NCBI GenBank assembly: GCA_002269645.1
Contig: NIVC01000576.1
Coordinates: 124,001 to 188,000 of the forward strand
Source: Macrostomum lignano
Lineage: Eukaryota
Direction of reading: 5' to 3'
DNA: 64,000 nucleotides
Shown: positions 13,850-25,400 of the stretch, piece after piece
Layout: every line of letters starts with the position of its first letter
Numbering within the stretch: the first letter of the stretch is position 1
Made by a program: the position numbers and the translations under genes
Notes under the pieces: generated by a model
What the model was told of the DNA's origin: nothing
What the model saw: only the letters and a program-made list of their open reading frames with translations
The model's database searches: none

Positions 13850-14065
13850 GAGCATTCATGCTTGCTGCATATAGTTGCAGCGGGTACGCGTCATCTTGGC
13901 CGTGCAGGCATTCAGCTTCCGCCAGTCCGTGCATTTTGCGGACCACCAACGCAGGTTGCTCGCCCATGGTGACGACGACGGCTCGGTGATGCAGCTGTCC
14001 AGCATCTGTACGATCTTTTTATCCACCTGGTCTCGCACAGACAGAGGCAGGCGGCGCTCCACCCG
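13850..14065 (-). mobile_element. Gypsy/Ty3 reverse transcriptase remnant
   Basis: QMLDSCITEPSSSPWASNL...DWRKLNACT matches the Gypsy RT pattern ML..GIIEPS.SPWASP...DYRKLN..T. Degenerate. Confidence 0.65.
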
Positions 14066-14770
14066 ACGGGGGTCTCGTGAGCTTGACTTGAAAAAGTTTG
14101 CTTTGCTAGAGGTTCTTCTGACGTTTGCCTTTACGAGCTAGCGAAGCTTTTCATTCATATACATGTACTCGTACATGTACATGTATCAGGCTCTATCAAT
14201 CATCAGACAGAGACTAAAGCCAAGCCTTTGTTGCATGCTCAATTCATAGACAATTGTGTTATAGTGATGCGTTTTATACCATATGCTACCATGTACGAGC
14301 TACATGTAGACAGAGGCCCTCTGACTGCACAAACACGCTCGTACATGTATAATTTGGCATTCGATCTCTATATAAAACACTGTGAAAAAAGGGGTCCTGT
14401 ACAAAAAAGCTTACTGCTCCTCTCAGAATGAATATTGACAAAAATCGAGTTTTGTATATCTTGTAGAGGGTTAAATTCTGTACAGGATTATGGCGATAAA
14501 CCAGCTTTCTACATGTGCGTTCAATAATAAGTTCGATCTAGGCCAGGGAGCACTTGAAAAAACCAGCCTCCCAAACTATATTTTCTGCATGATTAGGCCA
14601 GTTTTTTTATTCCCGTCCCTAGTTTAAGTGGTCTCTGCGTAGAAGTACATGTAAATGTATTTTATAGCTAGACCGGAGAGCTTGTCGACTTACATAATTG
14701 TTGGATTGTCTGTTGGTGCAGGCTTCGCTGGATCATGCTAAGAAATAATTGCTGTGTAGCGGGATAGCAT

Positions 14771-14772
<2 letters not shown>

Positions 14773-14839
<67 letters not shown>
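14773..14839. repeat. (CA)n microsatellite
   Basis: Perfect CA run of about 33 units. Confidence 0.97.
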
Positions 14840-14843
<4 letters not shown>

Positions 14844-14899
14844 CTACATGCGTGCACGTTTTGCTATGCGTACCTGTGAAATTGTAATGATGTTTCAAA

Positions 14900-15215
14900 T
14901 TTGAATGTGGCCGCGACGGCGTGGGGAGTTCTGCTGCGTCCCGCGTATACATGTACCTGTAGAGCGCAGCTGGAATATGAATTGCCATAGGCTTGGTTCG
15001 ATATCCAAATTCTGGCAGATCGATAATGGTGTGGGCTAAATAAAACCTGCTTCCGTTGAGCTGCCAGAGACCCTGGAGGACTGTAATAGGTTGAAAAGGG
15101 GCTTTAAGAAGGTTATCACCGACTGAATTCTTCTCGATCATGTGCCAATTCTGTACCAGATCATCGCACAGAGCCCGCCGTTCAATTTTAAACGTGTGTT
15201 GTAGAAGATACATAC
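14900..15215 (-). mobile_element. Possible CR1/L2-like LINE 3' remnant next to the (TG)n tract
   Basis: ERRALCDDLV...RFYLAHTIIDLP loosely resembles the CR1-type C-terminus (RR...DL / FF..R....WN.LP). Weak. Confidence 0.25.
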
Positions 15216-15711
15216 AGGTTAATTTTTACAAAAAGTTCTTCTGACGTTTGCTTCGATTATTCTGGAAACCTATAATCTTAATTTAATGAGTATAATTGAG
15301 CATTTTGTAAATTAGCGAACTTCCAAAATATCAATGGGTAAGCTTTAACGTTAGAATTCAATTCAGCAATAAGAAATCAAGAAATCGATTGTTTATGTAT
15401 TTCTATACATTCTAAGCATGAAAGTAACAATAGCAAAAGTTTTTTCGAAATTAGAAGAGTATTTTGCTTTACTTTGAATTAGCAACCTTTTTAAATTTTC
15501 CCTTACGCGAGATTTTTAAGAAAATCCTAATTGATTGCAAGATTCCTGTCGCTTAGATTAGACGTTCTGTTTGCTAATGATTTTTTCTTTAGTCTATTGT
15601 ATTTTATGCTGACCAATTGCTATACGGCACCCATATATATTATGTGACTGTATTAGATGTTCGTTTTTTACTTGCATTTTTACTGTCAATGATATAGAGT
15701 AGGGGTAGGCC

Positions 15712-17134
15712 TAGGGGGCGACCGGGACGGCCAAAGTCGGGCCCGGGTCGGGCCCGGGAATGAGGACTCGGGCCCGGGTCGGGCCTCGGGAATTCGGGAC
15801 AAGATCTTTAGGACAGCTCAATAATTGGAAAAAAATCATAATAAATCTTAATACTTTTAGCATATGCGGATTACTATTAAATATATAATAAATATATGAA
15901 TTTTTAAATTTAATATATTAAATGTATAATAAATATATGATAAACATCAAATATATTATAATATATAAATACATTAAATATATAATAATATATAAATATA
16001 ATAAATATTATTATTATTTAATACATTAGTTAAGACTTCAGAATAGATAAGAGTTACATTAAAAGACTTAATACTCAAATATCAAATATCAATACTCAAT
16101 AGTTCAAATTCAATGTCCCTGTGTGGCACAAGTACTGTGTGTGTGCCAGTGACAATGACACTAACAGGCAGTGAGGTAGGCAAGCAGGCACTGCGGCAGT
16201 GCGGCTGGCACTGGCAGTGGCAGTAATCAAAAAGAAAAAAAGCTGAAGCATTAAGTGTAAGGCACTTGGCATTGGAAGCAGTAAGGAAGTAAGAACCAAA
16301 TCAATTGATTGATTCTTTTATTTGAATTTTTAGTTCCTTTACATAGCTTCAATGTAAAGAGCCATGTACACAGTCAGTATTCAGTAAGACAACAAGACAA
16401 GACAACAGAGCAGAACACAAGTGAAGTGACAACACAACACAACACTCAACTGTCTCAACAGAACAGGCAAACAGACAATGGAAATACAAGTAATTAGCTG
16501 ATACCTGCCTACCTGCTCACCTACCCACCTAAACGAATATGATTACGAATACGATACTATGAGTCTACGACTACGACTACCTACGAATACGATACAAATA
16601 TGAACACGATTACAAACTCTGATACTGATAGATAGCAAACTTCTTGGAAAAATGGTTGCCTTGGCCCTTAATAGGTACTTCTTGGAATGTAAATAGGAAA
16701 TGTTATTTACAAAAGCTTAAAAATGACTAAATCAACTTTTTAAAGAATCATATTTTTGCTTTTAGGCTGCAGCCTGCAGCGTGTAAAGTGGAATCAATAT
16801 TGCAAAAAAGTATTGCAAAACTGTTTTAATTTTATCTTCCTGGAAAAAAATCCGATCTTCCTGGAAAGTGGAAACTGCTGTGGCTGACACTCACGGTCAC
16901 AGACAGTTGCAGTTGCAGTTGCATTTTCCTGGGGCTGGAATTAAACGTAAATTAGTGTGAATATGTTGAAAAATAATTTTATTCTTATTCGCACGCGGTT
17001 AGTGCCTTTAGGGAAAAAATACTTGTCCCGATTTCCCGACTTTTTTAGGGTCGGGCCCGGGCCCGGGTCGGGCCACGATTTCGGTCGGGATTCCCGACTT
17101 TTCGGGCCCGGGCCCGGGACTGGGTTGCCCCCTA
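15712..17134. mobile_element. Non-autonomous hAT-type DNA transposon, 1423 bp
   Basis: TIRs TAGGGGGCGACC / GGTTGCCCCCTA; exact 8-bp TSD GGTAGGCC at 15704-15711 and 17135-17142; clustered tcgggcccggg subterminal motifs at both ends; no transposase ORF. Confidence 0.88.
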
Positions 17135-17535
17135 GGTAGGCCCCTAGGGCCGAGTTCAAATAATCAATCGGAGTCGGAATAACGGTCGGAATATTCCGAG
17201 TCGGACAAAGTTTAAGAGGTCAATATAAAGAGACTCAGAGACTATAGTATGCCTATTAAGTAACACTCGTTGGGGTAAGGCTGTACTGTAGGTGTAGTAG
17301 GGCATGTCTAGTTTTTTGTATTTTATCATTCAAAGCATAGGCCTAATGTCTGAATCTGAGACTCTTTATTTCTTTTACTTTACTAAATATTTATCAATTA
17401 TAAGTTATAATTGTTGAAAGTAATAATATTTTATACAATTGCAAGTATTATCATATGTATATATATATTATTAGACATTTAGGTTGATAGCTTTGCACTG
17501 TTTTTTTCTAAACATTTAAATCTGGGTTAGGCCTA

Positions 17536-18996
17536 CACTGAATCTGTCAACATCTAATTTGTCAACAGACCTAAACTAAAAAAAAATCAAATTTTTCAAC
17601 AGTTGAAACAAGCTGAGCAAATTTGTCAATAACAAGACAGACTTACTATAAAGTTTTTTAATTAATGCAATAACCATAAATTTCTATAATGCAATGAGCA
17701 AAATATTGCAAAAGACTTCAACAAGACTTCATGAGTAAACATTCTAAATGCTGTTTTGCTTATATAACTCAAAATCTAATGGATTGGGCAGCAGTGTTAG
17801 GCACCACTGCACCAGTCTATTAATAAGTGTTAATCCGTTAATAAGCATTAAGATTTTTCATTAACGTTAACAGACGTTAACAGATAACAGATAAATTCAT
17901 CGTTAATGGTAGTGTCTATGTCAATGACCAAAGACGCAAAGAAGGAACGAAAAATAGAAGTCTTACAAGAAGTTTAAACATTACGAATGTATTTGAGCTT
18001 ACCTATATGCCTAAATATAATATCTTTATTTATGACGATGATCATATAGACATACATGTAATTAACAACTTCTTACAAATAAACTTTAAAATAATGAATT
18101 AAAATAGTGTGAAGCTTTATTTCTTGCGTGTGAGCATTAATTGCTTTGATTCACTTCTGTCCCAATCTTTCGCAACTTTCTGCTGCGCCTGCTAATGGTA
18201 CTGAAACAACCTTCCTATGCATATTTAATTATGAATTTCTTGTTATTAGCTTTTAAGTTTCAAATAAAATAAGTTACTTTTTTACCATATGCTTTACTTT
18301 TAGTAGTATTATGCATGCAAGTTTTTTAGAATGATTATTTATTACTTTTTTAGCTTTCAAATTGCTTAGATGACCTCTATGTTTCGCTAAAAAGATGGAA
18401 TAGCAAAGACATGCAATATGAAGTCTGTTTTGGAAAAAACATGCAAGATTTTCGTATTTTCTATGTTAACTTTAACAGATTAATGCTTATTAACGATAAT
18501 CAGTTAACTTTAAGTTAACTTAACAAAATTAGGAGTTAAAAAGTTAAGATTTTTTTGTTTTAACGCTAACGCTTTTGCTGTTAATGGAAGTTAAGATTTT
18601 CATTAACGGTGCCCAACACTGTTGGGCAGTCAATTCTATGTATATAATACAATATTCTATATAATTGAGTATCCAGATATAAGTATATCAAGAGCTAGTC
18701 TATTAGGTTTTTTGTGCTATGTAGCTTTATTAGACTTTATTGCATCATTAGAGTGAAGCAAATGATCACTTTAATTTAAAAATTAATCCCGTTTGTTTCT
18801 CTCCTAAATCATTAACAAAGGTTTTGTTTAAGTATAACTTTAGATTTCAAAATATATGCAAAAATTTCAATTTTCAATGTGTATAATCAATATATACTAG
18901 TTGGTCATTAGCATATTGTCAAGTAACCTAATTTGTCAATCATGCATAGTAAGTTAAACCCATGTTGGCCTTAATTAGATGTTGACAAATTCAGTG
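17536..18996. mobile_element. TIR element with CACTG termini (CACTA/Transib-like), host of the nested hAT element
   Basis: Left cactgaatctgtcaacatctaatt versus reverse complement of right end cactgaatttgtcaacatctaatt (23/24). No clear TSD. Confidence 0.6.
17792..18621. mobile_element. Non-autonomous hAT-type element, 830 bp, nested
   Basis: TIRs CAGTGTTAGGCACC / GGTGCCCAACACTG; exact 8-bp TSD TTGGGCAG at 17784-17791 and 18622-18629; ttaac/gttaa-rich subterminal repeats. Confidence 0.88.
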
Positions 18997-19741
18997 GCAC
19001 CCTTAATCTAATCTAGGTCTAAAATTAGAAAGCAAAAAGACAATGATAAATAAAACAATTCAAACAAACAATTAAACTTAGTTTTGTAAACTATTAGGCC
19101 CTAATGGTTTTTATTGTTCTCAACCTTAATTAAGGCCTATGAATTTTATGTAATATGCATAAAAATCATTTGTTTAAATAAAAACCAATGCCAAAATAGG
19201 CTTATATTATAAGTTTAAAGGCATCAAAACATTGTAATGTGCAAAAAATCAATGACAAACAAATTTGGCAACATGTCTTTTTATAGCTAAAGACAAGTTA
19301 AAGCAAATGACATATAAGAAAGGCTTTTCTAAAATGCTCATGAAAGTTTATAAATGTAAAATAATGGCCATATATATAAGCATATTAAAATGACCAAGAA
19401 AGTATATTAAATTGGATATCTCACATCTTTAAGAATATATTATTGGGGCCCACTTGACATTTTTTAATTTTATAATTTCTCTTTGCATGGTATATTTTTG
19501 AAAATACCTTTCCTTGAGATTATAACCAATACTAATAAGTAATAGAAGGATCCTTTTAGGCATAGGCCTACAAAAAATCATTTTTCTCATTTTTTCCAAG
19601 TTCCAACAAAAGTTTTTGCTTTCGAAGCTGCCTGTTAAATTAAAAAAACATTTTTTGGAAAGGACTTTAAAACTCACAAAGATGATTAAGTGATAGATAA
19701 AATAAACTCAATTCAAAAGGAAATCTAATATGCATTGAACA

Positions 19742-20036
19742 TACATGTGCAACAGTTGGCCAAGTCGGCCGATCCAGCCGACTGATTTGGCGGCCAACCA
19801 AGGAAGTCTGTCTCAAAAATGCCCACCCGAAAAAATACCAAAGTAGTATTACTAAGTAGCTGATGAGGCATTTTGTCTTAATAAGACGATCATAGTTACT
19901 CCTGCCGTTTACCCAAAGTTGCGTTAATTTTGCTTTAGGTTTTTTTACATAAGTTGCATTGTTGGCCAAAAACTATTTCACATTTTTGTTAAAACTAAGT
20001 TGCACAGCTGACCAAATTTTGGAGGTTGCGCATGTA
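19742..20036. mobile_element. MITE family A (TIR CATGCGCAAC, TA flanks; Tc1/mariner-like)
   Basis: ta|catgtgcaac ... gttgcgcatg|ta. The interior aligns in reverse with the copies at 59179-59428 and 60906-61172. Confidence 0.75.
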
Positions 20037-21877
20037 TGTGCATTGAAGAATACTATTTTACTAAAGGAGTTATTCAAATTATACACAATTGTTTTTCCTT
20101 TATTAATTGGTCCCAAATTTGCCTAGATTGTTGCCAAATTTGCTTTGACCAAATTGTTTAGCACCCAAAACATTGATATAATATTTTTACATATAGTATA
20201 TACTAATGTCTAAAAGAGTAGGGGGTAGTTAATATGAATATTACATGTTTAGATAATATAATTGAATATAATTTAATTTAATTCTAGTGCATAGGCCTAT
20301 ATGACAAATCTATATGCTAGACTATAGAACAAAAATTATACAATAAACTATATCATAAAATTAGGTCATAGGAAAATAGTGAAATGTGTATTTTAAATTC
20401 AAGCTAATAATGCCTAGCTATGAACTATGCCCAGGATAATGTTATTTTGCTTAGAAAATTCTAATGCACAAAAGCTTTCTCAGGTCAATACCTTGATATA
20501 TGCAGTTGTAATATAATAGTGCAATGTAGTATAGATCAACTGTAGTGTTGAAACTAATGTATATCAAACAAAGAGGCACTATTTTACAAAATTAAAAAAA
20601 ATTGCTATTTTAAGGTTTTTAGATATGATATTGACATTAATATTTATCATGATAAATCTTTAGTTACCTTTCATTTATTACCAAAACATGCTAATTAGTT
20701 TATTTAATAATTTTTTATAGACCTTTTTAAAGAAATTTGCAAATATGCATTGGCAACAAGATTAAAAAAAGATTTTTTCAATACTTGAATTTGCATAGAT
20801 TAAATTTTCTCATTTATTTAGAAAACTTTAAATTTTACTTTACCTAATATACAATGCTAATATACAATGGATATGATCATGACTATAGGCTATGAAATCA
20901 ATTTTATAATATATCAATATATGCAAATGAATGTTTTAATACAAGCTAAGGCAATGTACACACTTTATATTATATCACATCTACTCGTAGAATCATTTTT
21001 ATACCAAAGGCAATAAAAATGCCACTTGTAACTATGGAATCAATTTAACTAACATTAAATTATAGCTAAAAAACATTGAGAATGATAAGTTCTAATATAA
21101 AAAATCAATTATATCTAATAAAACAAATATGATTTAAGTCATTTTTCTACTTTTAAAATATTTTTATATGTGACTATACAAATATACTTATAACAAGAGT
21201 TGCTATTGCAACATTAATCTTATACAAGCACGTGTTCCTAGATGGTTAATATTTTTAGTCCAATTCTCCTTGACCCTTGTATATGTGTTGCTTTGTTTTC
21301 CCTATGTAAGAGATAATCTAGTCTTAAGAGCACTGAAATTTATGAATGATTCCTGCAATAAAAAGCTGAGAGAACATAGGACTTCAAGCAGCAAACATAT
21401 TGAGACACCTTCTCAGTGCAAAACATGATCTGGAACTGAACATTGAAACTTTTTAAAACAGTTTTTCAACTTAAAATGAGTTGTCTATCTATCTAGATTT
21501 ATTTATCTATAGTAAAATAATTTAAATGACTTTTGACTTTTAAGATATATAAACCTTAGGTTAAAGTATATTAAAATAGTAAATTGCAATTGTATTGTAA
21601 AAGTTTTTCATTTTTATACTAAAATTAAATCAGGTGCAATGATAAAGGTTTCTTGGGCATAATTTTATTATAATAAATAGTCTATTTATTAAAAGGTATA
21701 ATTGTATTACTTTAATGATAGTGGTTCATAATTTTTTGTGAACAATATATGATTGTATTGATAAGTTTTATATATTATTAAGTTTTATATAAGTAAATCT
21801 TAGAAGATAAGAGAAACAAGAAATTGATTTATTACTTTGCTACATGAATTCTTAAATTTTGTTAGTGACCTTTTCAA

Positions 21878-22082
21878 CAAAAGGTCAGCAAACTTCAGTG
21901 CACAGACCACATATAGCCTGTTAAGCCTCACAAAAGCAATCTAGCCTGCTCAATGTTTTTCTTCTCAGTTCTCTTCTCTCCTCTCTCTCCCCTCCTCTAG
22001 CCTGTAGTCATGTCTCATGTGCTGGATCTCTTCTCAATTTCTCAATCTGGCTCTCAAAGGTAAAAATGTTTGCTGGCCCCTG
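21878..22082. mobile_element. Possible hAT/Charlie-like MITE remnant just upstream of CNOT4
   Basis: caaaaggtcagcaaac versus reverse complement of gtttgctggcccctg (caggggccagcaaac). No TSD. Confidence 0.35.
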
Positions 22083-22408
22083 TTTTAGATTGTTTATCCT
22101 GATGTTTATTACTGCTCACTATGATATTTAAGAAAAACTGAAGAAATACCAGCGTGTTTTTTGAAGCTGAAGAATTGTTAATAAAATTTAGCTGGCTGGA
22201 GACCTAATTACCACTTAGGAGTTGAAATTGCAGGCCATAAATTGATGCTAGTTGCATAATTTTTTAATTTTAGTTTTGTTACTACTATCAATTGCTAGTA
22301 GTGTAGTAGTGGAGTTGAACATGCAAATTTAAATAAATAAAACTATACAAAACTTTGCAGATTTCCCTTTCGCAACTATTCCAAGCTAACCAGAATCAAA
22401 TGGTAACA

Positions 22409-25400
22409 ATGGCCGACGATGACCAATCAGAGTGTCCGCTGTGCATGGAACCCTTAGATTTTGATGATCTGGCGTTCTATCCGTGTCCATGCGAGTATCA
22501 GGTAATTTGTTGCAACCAACCTGCCCAGTGTGTCTGATATTTTGTAGTTAAATTTATATTGCAAACTATTCTATACATTTGTCAGATCTGTCGATTCTGT
22601 TGGACTAAAATCTTAGACGAAGGGAATGGTCTTTGTCCAGCTTGTCGGAATGTAAGCAGTTAAATCGATATTTTTGATTACTCGGCATTCAGGTTATTAA
22701 ATTGTAAAAAAACTACTGCTTGTAATTGTCCCAATCAGGCGTACAATTCAGAGCAGCCGGCGTCATTCAAACCATTGACGGAGGAAGAGTAAGTCAGTTT
22801 CCAACGTGACTAATTTGTTGTCTTTTTTAGGCGCAGTTTATCCCTATCAGAATCTTGTTACTGAGAATTGGGGGTCACAGTTGTGAGAGTGCCAATGCGA
22901 ATCCTGATGAGCTTGGAATCTTAAGCTTGAAGATTCTGAATCTGAATCGTGAGATGTCTGACCTAAATCATGAGATTCAGAATCTTAATCCAGAGATTTC
23001 TAACCTAAATCATGAGATTCAAAATCTGAATCGTGAGATGTCTGACCTAAATCGTGACATTCAGAATCTTAATCCAGAGATTTCTGACCTAAATCACGAG
23101 ATTCAGAATCTTAATCGTTAAATTTTTTCTGATCTAAATCGCAAGATTCAGAATCTAAATCTTGAGATTTCTGATCTAAATCGCAAGATTCAGAATCTTA
23201 ATCGTTAGATTTCTGATCTAAATCATGAGATTCAGAATCTTAATCGTTAGATTTCTGATCTAAATCATGAGATTCAGAATCTTAATCATGAGATTTCTGA
23301 TCTAAATCATGAGATTCAGAATCTTAATCGTGAGATTTCTGATCTAAATCACGAGATTCAGAATCTGAATCGTGAGATTTCTGATCTAAATCACGAGATT
23401 CAGAATCTTAATCGTGAGATTTCTCATCTAAATCACGAGATTCAGAATCTTAATCGTGAGATTTCTCATCTAAATCACGAAATTCAGAATCTTAATCGTG
23501 AGATTTCTGATCTAAATCACGAGATTCAGAATCTTAATCGTGAGATTTCTGACCTAAATCATGAGATTCAGAATCTTAATCGTGAGATTTCTGACCTAAA
23601 TCACGAGATTCAGAATCTTAATCGTTAGATTTCTGATCTAAATCATGAGATTCAGAATCTTAATCGTTAGATTTCTGATCTAAATCATGAGATTCAGAAT
23701 CTTAATCATGAGATTTCTGATCTAAATCATGAGATTCAGAATCTTAATCGTGAGATTTCTGATCTAAATCACGAGATTCAGAATCTGAATCGTGAGATTT
23801 CTGATCTAAATCACGAGATTCAGAATCTTAATCGTGAGATTTCTCATCTAAATCACGAGATTCAGAATCTTAATCGTGAGATTTCTGACCTAAATCATGA
23901 GATTCATAATCTTAATCGTTAATTACGAGATTCAGAATCTTAATCGTGAGATTTCTGATCTAAATCACGAAATTCAGAATCTTAATCGTGAGATTTCTGA
24001 TCTAAATCACGAGATTCAGAATCTTAATCGTGAGATTTCTGACCTAAATCATGAGATTCAGAATCTTAATCGTGAGATTTCTCATCTAAATCACGAGATT
24101 CAGAATCTTAATCGTGAGATTTCTGACCTAAATCATGAGATTCATAATCTTAATCGTTAATCACGAGATTCAGAATCTTAATCGTGAGATTTCTGATCTA
24201 AATCACGAGATTCAGAATCTTAATCGTGAGATTTCTGACCAAAATCATGAGATTCAGAATCTTAATCGTTAATCACGAAATTCAGAATCTTAATCGTGAG
24301 ATTTCTGATCTAAATCACGAGATTCAGAATCTTAATCGTGAGATTTCTGACCTAAATCATGAGATTCAGAATCTTAATCGTGAGATTTCTGACCTAAATC
24401 ACGAGATTCAGAATCTTAATCGTGAGATTTCTGATCTAAATCACGAGATTCAGAATCTTAATCGTGAGATTTCTGACCTAAATCATGAGATTCAGAATCT
24501 TAATCGTGAGATTTCTCATCTAAATCACGAGATTCAGAATCTTAATCGTTAAATTTTTTCTGATCTAAATCGCAAGATTCAGAATCTAAATCTTGAGATT
24601 TCTAATCTAAATCGCAAGATTCAGAATCTAAATCTTGAGATTTCTGATCTAAATCGCAAGATTCAGAATCTTAATCGTTAGATTTCTGATCTAAATCATG
24701 AGATTCAGAATCTTAATCATGAGATTTCTGATCTAAATCATGAGATTCAGAATCTTAATCGTGAGATTTCTGATCTAAATCACGAGATTCAGAATCTGAA
24801 TCGTGAGATTTCTGATCTAAATCACGAGATTCAGAATCTTAATCGTGAGATTTCTCATCTAAATCACGAGATTCAGAATCTTAATCGTGAGATTTCTGAC
24901 CTAAATCATGAGATTCATAATCTTAATCGTTAATCACGAGATTCAGAATCTTAATCGTGAGATATCTGATCTAAATCACGAAATTCAGAATCTTAATCGT
25001 GAGATTTCTGATCTAAATCACGAGATTCAGAATCTTAATCGTGAGATTTCTGACCTAAATCATGAGATTCAGAATCTTAATCGTGAGATTTCTCATCTAA
25101 ATCACGAGATTCAGAATCTTAATCGTGAGATTTCTGACCTAAATCATGAGATTCATAATCTTAATCGTTAATCACGAGATTCAGAATCTTAATCGTGAGA
25201 TTTCTGATCTAAATCACGAGATTCAGAATCTTAATCGTGAGATTTCTGACCAAAATCATGAGATTCAGAATCTTAATCGTTAATCACGAAATTCAGAATC
25301 TTAATCGTGAGATTTCTGATCTAAATCACGAGATTCAGAATCTTAATCGTGAGATTTCTGACCTAAATCATGAGATTCAGAATCTTAATCGTGAGATTTC

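Noticed and set aside
19855-19900. Hammerhead ribozyme at CTGATGAG in MITE family A (also 61070-61090 reversed)
   Set aside because: A possible stem II is followed by TTAA/TTAT rather than GAAA, and there is no stem I/III pairing.
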